Assembly: GCF_006345805.1 (NCBI RefSeq) | Contig: NC_042999.1 | Location: 124,620,001 to 124,684,000, forward strand | DNA: 64,000 nucleotides | From: Octopus sinensis | Lineage: Eukaryota | Direction of reading: 5' to 3' | Part shown: one piece after another, positions 1-12,657 of the stretch | How the letters are laid out: each line of letters opens with the position of its first letter | How positions within the stretch are numbered: position 1 is the first letter of the stretch | Notes under the pieces: generated by a model | Told to the model about the DNA's origin: nothing | Seen by the model: only the letters and a program-made list of their open reading frames with translations | The model's database searches: none | Program-made: the position numbers and the translations under genes

Positions 1-169
1 CCATGCTTTCTCCCATACCTACACCTATGAATAAATATATGTATGTGTGTGTATGTGCGTTACTGTGTCTTTGCATGTGATAGATAGTCATAAACAAACT
101 TCATTATAATGCAAGTGTGTTGTCCTTCTGTACTTATCTTGCATTAAAATGTCTAGTCATGGAGAATAT

Positions 170-330
170 GAACTTGCATGCGAACAGGTGGGATTTGGTG
201 AGTAACAAGAACAGTGGAGGACAAGAAGGGCATCTAGTTGTAGAAAATCTGCCTCAACAAATTGTGTCTGATCCATGCAAGTATAGAAAAGTGGACATTT
301 AAAGATGATGATCATCATCATTATGATCAT
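170..330 (+). mobile_element. Decayed RTE-type 3' tail / SINE tail fragment
   Basis: Motif gaagggcatctagttgtagaaa...gaaaagtggacatttaaagatgatgatc matches the tail seen at 9678-9790, 10135-10385 and 26680-26950. Confidence 0.55.
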
Positions 331-339
331 GATCTAAAT

Positions 340-600
<261 letters not shown>

Positions 601-1042
601 ACTTACATATATATATGTTATTTCCTTTGAATGTTCCTAGTTGTGTCCAAAATGGGTCAAGTATGCTAGTGGAGTGGATCATCAACCTAAGGCTTATGAG
701 ATGGAAGGGAACACTTACAGCATCAAATCCCAAAGCTTCTCACCCAGAGGCCTTGAGGCCTTCAAAGTAAACGTACTGGGTATCATCCTTAAACTGAGAT
801 GTTGTCTAGGTGTTTCTGACATCCCTTTTTTATCATATCTAGGGCACCTACAATAACAGGAACAGTTCTTGCTTTAAGATGCCACATTTTTTGTATTTCA
901 ATTTTCAGGTTCTTGTGTTTATTTAATTTGTCAAATTCCTTTGCAGATGTATTTTTATCAGTGGGAACACTTACATTTTTTAGTCTACAAGTATTTTTTC
1001 TAGTCTTTAATAATTAAATAATTATGTCTGGTCAGTTAGCCT

Positions 1043-4000
1043 GTAATTATTATTTCTCTTTATCACAGGTTTTGTTGGGGCTCCTGGAGTCATACATGCA
1101 TAGCGGGCTTGCTGTCTGCAACCTACAGTACCATGCTATCCATTCTTTTCAGCTAATACTTTCTTGATTATTCTGACTATGCCAAGGAGTCAAACCTTTT
1201 GTAACTGTTCTACTGGGCACTCAATTCCAATTTCTTTTATATTCCCCTTGATGCCTTCTGACACTGTTCTCAAGGACCCAGCAATAACTGGCACTATCTT
1301 CACCTTCTTCATTTTCCATTTTATCACCTTCCTTCTTGACTAAATAAGAGGGTTGTATTTTTCACCTTCCTTCTTGACTAAATAAGAGGGTTGTATTTTT
1401 CACCTGCCTTCTTGACTATTCATGGGTCAAAGAGGCATGCAACATCAACTATATAGTATATGTGGTGCATCTTGTCCACCACCATTAGATCCAGTCTATT
1501 ATGCTATAGCACCTGAGCTGCTTGGATTGGAAAATCCCAGAGGATTTTGCTGGGCTCCGACTCTGCCACTCTCTGCTGTTTGTGTTCAAACCATGTTTTG
1601 CTTCTCTCTAACCCCCACTTTTCACACAGTTTCCAATGTAGCACTTTTTCTACCTGATCGTGTTGCCACAACTGATAGTGGTTTTGAGCAAGTCTAGGGC
1701 ATTCATTCATGATATGGGCAATGATTTCATACACTAAATTGCAGATGTGGCACAGCAGAGATACTTGCACATTCCTACGGTTGACCCTTCAGTTCGTCAC
1801 CAAAGCTTGGTCTTGTGCTACCAGTATAGTGCTCTTGGTCTCTTTTTTCAGTGTTTCTTTCATCAGTCAATCCCACCTATTTTTTCCAGCAACTTCTGTT
1901 ATGGCTGCATGGAAGTGATTGTGTAATCCCTTCTTGCATAATTCTTCTTCCTTTTTTCTCTGCTTTCAATACTCCTTTGTTCCTAACTGTCACTAGCAAG
2001 GTTTCCTTACTTTGGGCTAGATATCTCATTAAGCTCTCGAGTTTGATGCTCATGCAGTCTTTCACACTTATCAGTCCTCTTCCTCCATTTGCTCCCTTCA
2101 TGTATAGGCGATCAATATCCGCACATGGATGATGGGCTCCATGCATCATTAGAAGCTTTCTTGACTTCCTGTCCATCTCCTTTAGTTCCTCCTCTGACAA
2201 CTTCAGGATTTCAGTGCCATACCAAACTATTGTGATTGTATGCAAGTTTATTGCTAACTTTATGCTCCTGGCATTTAGCTTTGAAGCCAATATTTTTCTC
2301 ACTTGCTGCAGGTACTCTCTTTCAGTCTTTTCCTTCATGCCATTGTGTTTGATTCCATCTGCCTCAAGTATTCTCAGATATTTGTAGCTCGATTGTGGTT
2401 GAATTGTCTTCATTTCACCACTTGGCAACCATATGCCTTCTGTCCTGAAAAGCTTTCTTCCTCTCATCACCATTGTAACACATTTTGAGCATCCAAACTC
2501 CATCTTAATATCTTTGGAGAAAATCCGCACAAACTAAACTAGGCTGCCCAGTTTTGCCTCAGTTTTTGTGAATAGTTTCAGGTCATCCATGAATAACAAG
2601 TGGTTCAGTTTTCCCTTTCCTCTTCCCAGATCATACCCCAACTTTGTTTTCTGTAGTATTTCACTCAAGGGGATCATTCCCAGCATAAAGATCAGTGGGG
2701 AAGATACTTCTCTTGAATTTTACCTCTCCTAATACTTGATTCCCTGCTGTCAATTCCATTCTCCAGCATTTCATGCTATTCCATATAAGGCTTCTCATAT
2801 TTTCTGCTACTCCATACATTTCCATTGTTTTTATTATCCAGAAGTGTGGTATCATATCGTATGCTTTACAATAGTCAACCCATACTATGCTCAGGTTTCT
2901 GTGTCTTCTCTTGCAGTTCCTGATAATTAGAATTAAGAGCTGATCCTTCATTCCCCGGCTCCTCTTTCGGTACCCTTTCTGTTCAATAGGTAACAGCCCA
3001 CTGTTTTCCAGGTATCTATACAGTTCACCAGCCAATGCACCTGACATTAGTTTCCACATTAGAGGAAGGCACATTATTGGATCCTTGGCACACACCAATG
3101 TCTTCCCCTTTGTCATCCAGCTGGGTACTGCACCTTTCTGCAAGCACTCATCTAGCTGTTGTTCTATTCTTTCATAGAGCCCTGTCAGCTTCTTCATCCG
3201 ATAATCTTCGACCCCATCTGGTCTTGGGCTCTTCCAATTTGGGAATTTTTTTAACTGCTTTTTTATCATTTCTGTAGTTATCTTTGTGTCTTCTTGACCG
3301 TGTATATTTCTTAACCTATCTTAGATTTCACACAGCCACTCCGCTTCATCATTATGCCCAACAGGTTGGTCTCAGATCTGGAGAGAATGTCCTGCTTTCC
3401 TCTGCATCTGGTATCATTGTTACATGTAATTACCCATCTACTTCCTGAAGCAGTTTCTTCTGATTTGCTTCAACAATCTGTTTTGCCTGAATTGTTTTGT
3501 TCTATTGTCATATCTTTCCGGTTTTGCTTTGATTGCTGTTACTCTTTGTTTCAATTCTTCCAATATCACACCATACCCTTTATCTCTTATTCTATATGTT
3601 CTTTCCAGCATCATTCTTATACTTTCTTTCTGTAGTTCCCATCTACTCAATCTATCAAATTGTCCTAAATGTCTTTTTAACTTTATTTGCTTCTCACAAA
3701 TTCGTCTACGCCAGAATGGTTCTTTATGTTCTGTTTGTTCTCTTCTTTTGTGTCCAACTCTATCTGCAGCAACCATAGTTGCAACCCAAATAATCTCGTT
3801 AGTTTCAGTTATATCTCTAATCTGGAATAGCCCGAGAACCGAATCTATCTTTTTGATTTCAACTTTGTGCTTGCATCACTCAATGTACCTCAGATTGGGT
3901 GGGTGGGGGGTGCTTGATCTTGGTCTTCTCTAAAATATCATCTCAGCATCCTCACTATATCTTGTTGGTCATCATCATATTTTTGTACTTTAGCTCTTCC

Positions 4001-4650
4001 CATTACTTCTGCTTCATTTGCTGAGAATCTATTTACATTTACGCTTTGCTCTGTGTCTTCACTGCCACCATTCATTTCTCTGTTGTTACTGAGCAAGGTA
4101 TCTGTTGGTGAAGTATTATTTCTATTTTCTACTTTCATTTTTATCTCTTCAATTTCTATGTCTGTTAACCACCCTTTTGTTCTTATTGCTTTTGCCTGGT
4201 CAACTAACTGTTGCCCACTTATTTCAAAGTGTCCTATTTCATTCCATTTTGCTTTCATTCAATGTTGAAATCCCCTTCAACTGGGTTCACTCCTGATTCA
4301 GTTTCAATAACTGCTCGGTTTGCCTCCTTATCCCACCCTCATCTCTGCCTTTGACTTTGTGTACAAGCAGTCTCTGGATGATGACCAAGCCTGTCCTGCT
4401 TAACCACAGGACACCCGCTGGATGAAAGGCTTTCACCTTTGGTTCCAGTCTTATTGTATTTATATTAGACATTTTCACTTAACAATGAGGTATCAAGACA
4501 CCATATCTAGTAAGATTGTCACCCAAGACAGCAGAGCTCTACCTACCCATAAGTTGGGCCTGTTCCTTTCACATTTCTGTGTGCTGGGATCCATAATCAG
4601 GATTCTCACTAGGAGTCAGTTGGTCCCATATCTTCATCCAAATATTGCTC
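1043..4650 (-). mobile_element. Near full-length, frameshifted R4/Dong-clade non-LTR retrotransposon (RT + CCHC + restriction-like endonuclease)
   Basis: Collinear minus-strand fragments: N-term MKAKWNEIGHFEISGQQLVDQAKAIRTKGWLTDIE (3938-4258); RT start NWKSPRPDG...VPSWMTKGKT...WVDYCKAYDMIPH (2661-3269); RT/thumb MEFGCSKC...YKYLRILE...DIDRLYMKGANGGRGL (1877-2530); HIMNECPRLAQ...HDQV...ILWDFPIQ (1504-1770); C-terminus LLGIVRIIKKVL near 1150-1200; short TAA tail at ~1045. The 5' boundary is uncertain and may reach ~4980. Confidence 0.9.
1324..1418. repeat. 38-bp tandem repeat, ~2.5 copies
   Basis: tcaccttccttcttgactaaataagagggttgtatttt starts at 1324, 1362 and 1400. Confidence 0.9.
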
Positions 4651-4985
4651 CAGAATAAAGTCCCAATTCACAGTTCATTTGTCTTCATTCCAGACATGGA
4701 GCCATTGGACACTGACAGGTTGTTATCATTGTGACTTAGTAGCCCTATATCAGAGTGTTCCTTCACCTAGACAGACTGCAGTCGAAGCTCATGAGTTCCA
4801 TCTATCCATTTTCAGAATGGCCATTGACTCTTCTGAGTTCCTCTGCCCTTTGCAGGGTTTGCTTTTAATCCCACAGGGTACTGATAATCCACCCTCCTCA
4901 CCAAGAAAGCTTAGAGGGGTTACCGATTTAGTTGCCGATGACTCGGCAGTTTTACAATGCCGCTTGTTAATCATTCTGGGTAATT

Positions 4986-5342
4986 ATTTACTTATTTACA
5001 TTATTTACAATTGACAGATATTTGTCCACATCTTGTTTGTTGTTAACACAACGTTTCGGCTGATATACCCTCCAGCCTTCATTAGGTATCTTGGGGAAAT
5101 TTCAAATCTGGGTTCTCATTCCTAAGGCATTTTTCGATGTTGTTACTATTCTTATTATTATTCAAGTCACTGCCTAGAATCAAACCCAGAATCTTGGGAT
5201 TAGTAGCCCATGCTCTTAACCACTACGCCATGTGTTGTGGCTACTAACCCCAAGATTCCGAGTTCGATTCTAGGCAGTGACCTGAATAATAATAAAAATG
5301 ATAATAACAACATCAAAAAATACCTTAGAAATGAGAACCCAG
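4986..5342 (-). mobile_element. tRNA-headed SINE-like element with hammerhead-bearing 3' tail (4986-5232, minus) plus inverted partial copy (5239-5342, plus)
   Basis: Minus head TGGCGTAGTGGTTAAGAGC (A box) ... GGGTTTGATTCT (B-box-like), then (AAT)-rich linker and HHR motif; ~100-bp inverted arms at 5108-5208 and 5239-5342. Confidence 0.8.
5045..5090 (-). ncRNA. Minimal type I hammerhead ribozyme motif (G5->A in this copy)
   Basis: Minus strand reads GATAC-CTAATGA-A-GGCTG(gagggtatat)CAGCC-GAAAC-GTT-GTGTT: 5-bp stem I (two G.U pairs), perfect 5-bp stem II, palindromic AACGTT stem III. Confidence 0.65.
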
Positions 5343-5663
<321 letters not shown>

Positions 5664-5665
<2 letters not shown>

Positions 5666-5885
5666 AGGTAGAAAGCTGGTACAATCATTAGCATATCAGG
5701 CAAGTTGCGTAGCAGCATTTTGTCCATTTTTACATTTGCTGTTCAAATTCTACTGAGATTGAATTTGCCTTTCATCCTTTTTGGTTTCAATGAAATAAGT
5801 AACAGTTAAGTACTGGGGTTGACACAATCGATTTCCCCACCCCTCAAAGTTGTTGGCCTTGAGCCAAAATAAAGAAGGATTGTTC
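5664..5885 (+). mobile_element. tRNA-derived SINE with gcctttcatcc...aataagtac central domain (Nin/Meta-like)
   Basis: Head aaggtagaaagctgg...gttcaaattc; core atttgcctttcatcc; same family at 13560, 14462, 50570 and 59235. The domain name is inferred. Confidence 0.65.
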
Positions 5886-6097
5886 ATGATACATTCTTAA
5901 CTTCTCTATTCCTTGCTTCTCTTTCTTTTCTTTTTTTTTTTTTTGGTAATTTTGTATTCTTCTGAAATGTCTCTAGTTTTCCTTTACTCATCTATCACCA
6001 AATTTAATTCCATTATTGCTGTAGATAGCACTTAACTGTGGCATATATTATCTGTATTACTAGCAACTATCAATGAGATGCACCTACACAATGTTTA

Positions 6098-6130
6098 TTA
6101 CACACACACATATACATGTGCGCACACAGA

Positions 6131-6164
<34 letters not shown>

Positions 6165-6904
6165 TACACACACAAATACACATATTTACATTACTGAATA
6201 TTTATTCTGCATTGGCATATCTGTCGCTTTGGCTGAATGACCAGAGGGGTTCATTTCTCAAATGCTACATTAAGGTCAAGAATGTACAGTATGTATGAGT
6301 GCTTTGAATATATGTGTTTGATACGTATGTGAAAGTATAATCAATGTGTATATGTATTTGTGTGTCTGTACACATTTGTATGTGTTTGTGTGACTTTGTG
6401 TGAATGTGTGGCTATTTAAGTATTTAGGTTTTATTACATTTTGCTACAGTCATATATTTCGATTTGAAATATGAAGTCTGTGTAATTGAAAGTGGAGGAG
6501 AGAAATAGAAAGAGAGAGAGAGAGAGAGATTGTCTGCATGCACGTGCATGTGTGTGTGTGTGTGCATGTGTGTGTGTGTGTGTGTGGTGTGTGTGTGTGT
6601 GTGTGTATGTGCATGTGAGAGGTTGCTTTTAAGTGTATGTTAAATTCTTTTACTCTTTTACTGATTCCAACCAGTCAGCTGTGGCCTGTTGGTTGTGGCC
6701 AATTAACTGGGGCAGTCATACATATATTCATACGTGTAAGTATATATGTGCGTGTGTGTGCCTGTGTGTGTATATACATACACATATATGTGTGTGTGTA
6801 TATATAAATATATATATATACACAAATACATATACGCATATCATCACCATCATCATCGTTTAAGCAGACGTTAAATGATGATGATGTATATATATATTTG
6901 TACA

Positions 6905-6936
<32 letters not shown>

Positions 6937-6968
6937 CACATATATATGTGTGTATATATCTATATATA

Positions 6969-7022
<54 letters not shown>

Positions 7023-7055
7023 CACATATATGTGTATATATATGGATGTATATAT
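6098..7055. repeat. Cluster of (CA)n, (GA)n, (GT)n and (TA)n microsatellites
   Basis: Direct reading; interspersed with short unique or SINE-tail remnants. Confidence 0.85.
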
Positions 7056-7056
7056 A

Positions 7057-9190
7057 TCATCATCATCATCGTCATCATTGTTTAACATCTGCTTTCCATG
7101 CTGGCATGAGTTGGACGGTTTGACAGAGGGCTTGCAAGCCAGAAGGCTGCACCATGCTCCAATCTGATCTGGCAAACTTTCTATAGCTGGATGCCCTTCC
7201 TAATGCCAACCACTCCAAGAGTGTAGTGGGTACTTTTTATGTGCCACCATCACAACAGTCAGTCAGGCAGTACTGGCATCGACTTCACTTGAATGGTGCT
7301 TTTTCATGCCAGCACTGGCAACGACCATGCTCAAATGGTGCTTTTTATATGTCACTGGCACAGGACCAGTCAGCTGAGCACTAGCATCAACAGTGCTCAA
7401 ATAGTGCTTTTTACATGTCACTGACATGGGTACCAATCAGGAGGTACTCTCATCCACCATGACAATGACTTCACTTGACTCAACAGGTCTTCGCAAGTGC
7501 AGTTTATTGCCCAATGATAGAAGGGTACTCTTAAATGGGTTGGTTATGCTGCACTGGTATAGGCCACAGTTATGGTCTCACTTGACTTGCCAGGTCTTCT
7601 CAAGCACAGCGTATCTCCAAAGGTCTTGGTCACCTCATCCCAGGTCTTCCTGAGTCTACCTCTTCCGCAGGTTCCCACAACTGCTAGGGTGTAACACTTT
7701 TTCACACAGCTGTTCTCATCCATTCGCAACACATGACCATACCAGCATAGTCTTCTCTCTTGCACATCTGATGCTTCTTATGTCCAACTTTTCTCTCGGG
7801 GTGCTTACACTCTGTCATGTATGCACACTAACATTACAGATCCAGTGGAGCATACTAGCTTCATTACTTGCAAGCTTACATATGTCTTCAGCAGTCACAG
7901 TGCATGTTTCACTGCCTTGTAACATGGCTGTTCAGACACATGCATCATACAGTCTACCTTTTATTCTGAGTGAGAGGCCCTTTGTCACCAGCAGAGTAGG
8001 AGCTCTCTGAACTTTGCCCAGGCTATTCTTATTCTAGCAGATACACTCTCAGAGCATCCACCAAGGTAATTGAAGCTATCAACTACTTCTAGTTTTTCTC
8101 CTTGGAATGTGGTGGAAGCTGTTTTCTGTACATTTTCAATGTTTATTGCTCCTGAGCACTTGCCACACACAAAAACTATCTTCCCAGTTAGCCTTCCTTT
8201 GATATTGTTCTTCTCATGTGTTCATAGCTTACACTGGCTACATCTTGTGGAGTTTTCTACCTATGCCTTTTCTACAGATCAAGCAAGACCATCTACCTGA
8301 AGGGATTTGTGATTTGTCTGCCTTCCTACTTATTAAGACTTTGGTTTTTGCTAGAGTGACTCTAAGGCCTGAAACTTCTCTTTTAGTTCAGATAGTGACT
8401 CAGCTATTAGAGTAAGGTCATCAGCACAGAGAAGCTTCCAGGGTCAGCCTGTCTTGAATTCCTTTGTTATTGCCTGGAGGACTGTGATGAATAAGAGGGG
8501 GCTGAAGACTGATCCTTGGTGGACACCTACCTCTACCAGGAATTCTTCACTGTACTCATTGCCAACCCTCATCTTACTGACAGCATCCCTGTACATGGCT
8601 TGTACAGCTTTCACTAACCACTCATCTATTCCTAGTTTTCACATTGACCACCAGATAAGGAATCAGGGAACTCTGTCAAAGGCTTTCTCCATGTCAACGA
8701 AAGCCAGGTATAGAGGTTTATCTTTGTCTAGGCATTTCTCCTACAGCTGTCTTATCAGAAATATAGCATCAGTGGTGTGCTTTTCCCTGGCACAAACCCA
8801 AACTGCATCTCATCTAAACTGACTCTCTCCCTAATTAGTTGGGCTATAACCCTCTCCGTGACTTTCATTACCTGATCCAACAACTCGATACCTCTGTAAT
8901 TATTCGTATGTAATGCATTACCTTTACCTTTGTAGCAGTTGACTATGGTGCTACTACACCAGTCGTTGGGTATGACTCCTTCATGTATCACCTGATTGAA
9001 TATACAGGTGACTAGACTATAGCTGACACCACCAGATATTCTAAGCATCTCTGAGGTGATTCTTGATGGGCTGGGGGCTTTCTCTGTCTTCATACCCTTA
9101 ATTGCTTTATCTACAAAGGTACCGTCAATTCAGATAGCTGGTCCCTCTGTTGGGTTGACATTTGGCAAACTCTCTTTCTCCTACTCAGAT
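7057..9190 (-). mobile_element. 5'-truncated RTE-clade LINE with 3' UTR and (GAT)n tail
   Basis: RT ORF 8755..9093 (KAPSPSRITSEML...YKGKGNAL...NYRGIELL...QFGFVPGKST); GEKLEVVDSFNYLG...RIRIAWAKFRELL (7985-8170); RRLCWYGHVLRMDENSCVKKC...GRGRLRKTW (7544-7765); UTR 7057-7440. Confidence 0.92.
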
Positions 9191-9229
9191 ATACCCACAC
9201 ATGTATGTGTGAGTATCATACCTTTTAGT

Positions 9230-9374
9230 TGCTTTTACTTTTTTGTTTGTTTCATTGATGTGGTGCTATGCTTGGGCACTGGCTTGAAGGGCCCACTCAA
9301 ACAAATCATTCCCAGTACTTATTTTTTTTATTGCTTTCTTTTTCAAGCATGGTATTTACTCTCTCTCTCTCTCT

Positions 9375-9414
<40 letters not shown>

Positions 9415-9665
9415 CTCTCTCTCCTTTGCTGAACCACTATGTTACAGGGACATAAATGAACCAATACTGGCTGTCAAGCAGTGAGGAGGAAACAAACTCA
9501 TGCATGTACACACACACACACATGCACACACACACACATGCAAACACATCCATATACATATAATGGGTTTCTTTCAGTTTTCATCTACCAAATCTACTCA
9601 CAAGTCTTTGGTCAGCCTGGGGCTATAGAAGAGATTTGCACAAGGTGTTGTGCAATGGGACTGAA
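9230..9665 (-). mobile_element. Composite tRNA-SINE (octopus OK/OR-like) with internal microsatellites
   Basis: Body gtcttt...ctaccaaatctactcacaagtc and tail cccagtacttatt shared with 13915-14325. Confidence 0.65.
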
Positions 9666-9677
9666 CATATATATATG

Positions 9678-9790
9678 TTAGGAAGGGCATCTAGCCGTAG
9701 AAACATTGCCAGATCAGACTGGGCTTGGTGCAGCCTTCCAACCCATGCTAGCATGGAAAGCGGATGCTAAACGATGATGATGATGATATA
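9678..9790 (+). mobile_element. RTE 3'-tail fragment
   Basis: ggaagggcatctagccgtagaaac...gcatggaaagcggatgctaaacgatgatgat. Confidence 0.75.
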
Positions 9791-9794
9791 TATG

Positions 9795-10045
9795 GGAGAA
9801 CTCCATTGGTTGTGAAAACAAGGGTCCCAGCTGATACGATCGACAGAACAGCTTGCTTGTGAAACTAATGTGCAAGTGGCTGAGCACTTCACAGATATGT
9901 ATGTGTATCCTTAATGTAGTTCTCAGGGAGATTTAGCATGACACAGAATGTGACAAGGCTACTCATTTTTGTTAGCTGAGTGGAGTGGAGCAATGTGAAA
10001 TAAAGTGTCTTGCTCAAGGACATAATGTGTTAAGCCCCGTGCCTT
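9795..10045 (-). mobile_element. CORE-type SINE, head truncated
   Basis: Reverse complement of ccttgagcaagacactttatttcacattgctccact; related copy at 50955-51340. Confidence 0.6.
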
Positions 10046-10134
10046 CACTATATATGTGTGTGTGTGTGTGTGTGTGCATGCGCGTGTATGTGTGTGCGTG
10101 TGTGTATATATATATATAGAGAGAGAGAGAGCGT

Positions 10135-10385
10135 CGCCTTACTGGCACGTAAAAAAATATTCGAACGAGGTCGTTGCCAGTACCGCCTGACTGGCTTCCG
10201 TGCCGATGGCACATAAAAGCACCCACTACACTCTCGGAGTGGTTGGCATTAGGAAGAGCATCCAGCTGTAGAAACTCTGCCAGATCAAGATTCAAACCTG
10301 GTGCAGCCTTCTGGTTTGCCAGTCCTCAGTCAAATCGTCCAACCTATACTATCATGGAAAGCAGACGTTAAACGATGATGATATA
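10135..10385 (+). mobile_element. RTE 3' UTR fragment
   Basis: ggcacataaaagcacccactacactctcggagtggttggcattagg...catggaaagcagacgttaaacgatgatgat. Confidence 0.8.
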
Positions 10386-12106
10386 TATATATATATATTA
10401 GATTAAATATAACATAGATAGATAGATAGATATTTGGATGTATGGAGAGATTGATGGATGGATGGAAGGGACAGACGGACCAATGAGTGGGTGGCTGGGT
10501 GGATAGATGGATAGATGGGTGGGTGATTGGATGGATAGATAGATGGATTGATGGATGGACAGGCAAACTGTTGTATATGTTGCTGGATTCATATGATTCA
10601 TAAGGAGTATATTTCCAGTGGCCATTGTGTTTGTAGGTCTTCTGTGTCTGTGTGTCCATGTTCATAGTTTTATATATTTCTATATCTGCATCTATTGAAA
10701 TATATTTCAATGTTTGCATTTCTATCAAAGTGGACTGGTATGTGCATGTATTAAAAGAAAAGAAGAGAGAACTTTTGTTTGCTTTGTGAGTTTTTGAAAA
10801 CAACCCATGTTTGTGTAAATAATCCAATTTATTGAATTATTATTGTATGTTCATTTATTTAGAAAAAGGTCAGAGATCGGTATGTAGGGGAGGTCATTCT
10901 GACACTATTGCAAATTAAGCCATTAGATACTATTTGAGAAGGGAAGAGAAAAGGCTGTATTTGGTTTACATGCTGCTACTTTTGATATGCCACTGTGATA
11001 TTTAAAGATGTACATCCGCATGTAAATGTATAAAGAAATTAATTTTGTGTGTTTATTCAATGTTTTGGTTTGTTGTTTTCCCATAAATACCATTTTTAGG
11101 ATGTAGAGATGGTATCGTGTGTTTGTTGATGCTTTATCTAAGCATCACCACTTATTAATATGGTTTATATTATTATCTTACAAAAATGAAATGTATCTTG
11201 CAAGTGTTGTGTCCATTCTTTGCCATGTCCTAAATGTATAATTATGTTGATAGAGTCTGTTCTTAAACTGATTAGCAGTTATTTCTATATAATAAATGTC
11301 ATATCTAACAAACATACATTCATCAATGTTAGATATGGCAAGGGCTGCATGTATAACTGATTTTCTTTTTTTCTTTTTAAGACATTTACCATTTATTCTA
11401 TTTACTGTGAAAATGCTTTGAGAATGGTAACTGCATTTCTCTGTTCTGTTGCCACTTGGGCTTATTCATTATCTTCTTATTAATGGATGCCAGTGTTTGA
11501 AAAAAGATTGTTCCTGCCAAGCAGCTTATTTTGAGTAATTTGGGGTTTAAGGATTTTCTTTACTTAAGTTCAAGGAAAATGGTTGCTTACAAGACAGAGG
11601 AAGATTTTACTCATCACGATAGTTTTATTTATTGAATATGGTGACTGAAGCCACATGGGTTTTCTTTTGCATTTACTTCCTTTTGGATTGTGTTTATCTA
11701 TGATATTTAGAGCTTTCTTTGAAAGCACTAGTTGCCAGTGCATATTTACAAGCATATCATTCATTGAATGAGATTGCAGAGATTTATTCACTCAAGTTAG
11801 TAGATAAATTTCTAAGAGTTCATGGTTAGGTAGTTAGAATTATGGCCTACATACAAGATTGATTTGGGGAATTTCAATATAAGATTGAAATTTTTTATCA
11901 TTAAGGATGTATGTTACATATCAAAAATTTATTATTTTGAGGTTATTCTCTGTAATTTTTAGGTTCAAGTCATTGATTGGCTTAGGTGGGATTTATTTCA
12001 TTTATATACCATCATTGCTGAAGATACCTATGCTGGTTGCATGAAATTTGTTGCATGTTAAATTAGGAATATTTGCACCAATTAGATTTGAAATTATATA
12101 TATATA

Positions 12107-12288
12107 ATGGTGTATGGTAAGAAGCTTGCTTCCCAGCCACAAGGTTCTAGGCTCAGTCCCACTGGGTGGCATCTTGAACAAGTGTCTTCAGCTATAGCCT
12201 CAGACCAACCAAAGCCTTGTAAGTGAATTTGTTAAATGAAAACTAAAAGAGGCCCATTGTATACATGTATATATATATTATATATATA

Positions 12289-12328
<40 letters not shown>

Positions 12329-12368
12329 TATATATATAATATATATATATATATAGATAGATAGATAG

Positions 12369-12411
<43 letters not shown>

Positions 12412-12657
12412 AATATGTATGTGTGTATATAAGTGTGTCTTTATATCTGCACTGTCCCCTACTACTGCTTGACAACTGGTGTTGGTGTGCTTACATCCCC
12501 ATAACTTAGTGATTCAGTAAAAGAGACTGATAGAATAAGTACCAGGCTTTAAAAAAAAGTTTTGGGTTTGATACATTCAACTAAACATTCTTCAAGATGA
12601 TGCTCCAACATGGTCACAGCCTAATGACTGAAATAAGTAAAAAGTAAAAGGTAAAAG
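12107..12657 (+). mobile_element. Composite tRNA-SINE with internal (TA)n/(GATA)n
   Basis: Head ggtaagaagcttgcttcccagccacaaggttctaggctcagtccc; tail atgctccaacatggtcacagcctaatgactgaaataagtaaaa. Confidence 0.75.

Noticed and set aside
1069-1115. Acceptor-like tttatcacag followed by FVGAPG (integrin FG-GAP-like)
   Set aside because: A stop follows within 5 codons, and the segment is the reverse strand of the R4 element's 3' UTR.
1835-1870. Minus-strand CTGATGA...GAAA word pair
   Set aside because: No stems form, and it lies inside R4 coding sequence; chance match.
5170-5232. tRNA gene call for the tRNA-like heads (also 31610, 33686, 29808, 21760)
   Set aside because: They have A/B boxes but no complete acceptor stem, and they continue into SINE bodies.
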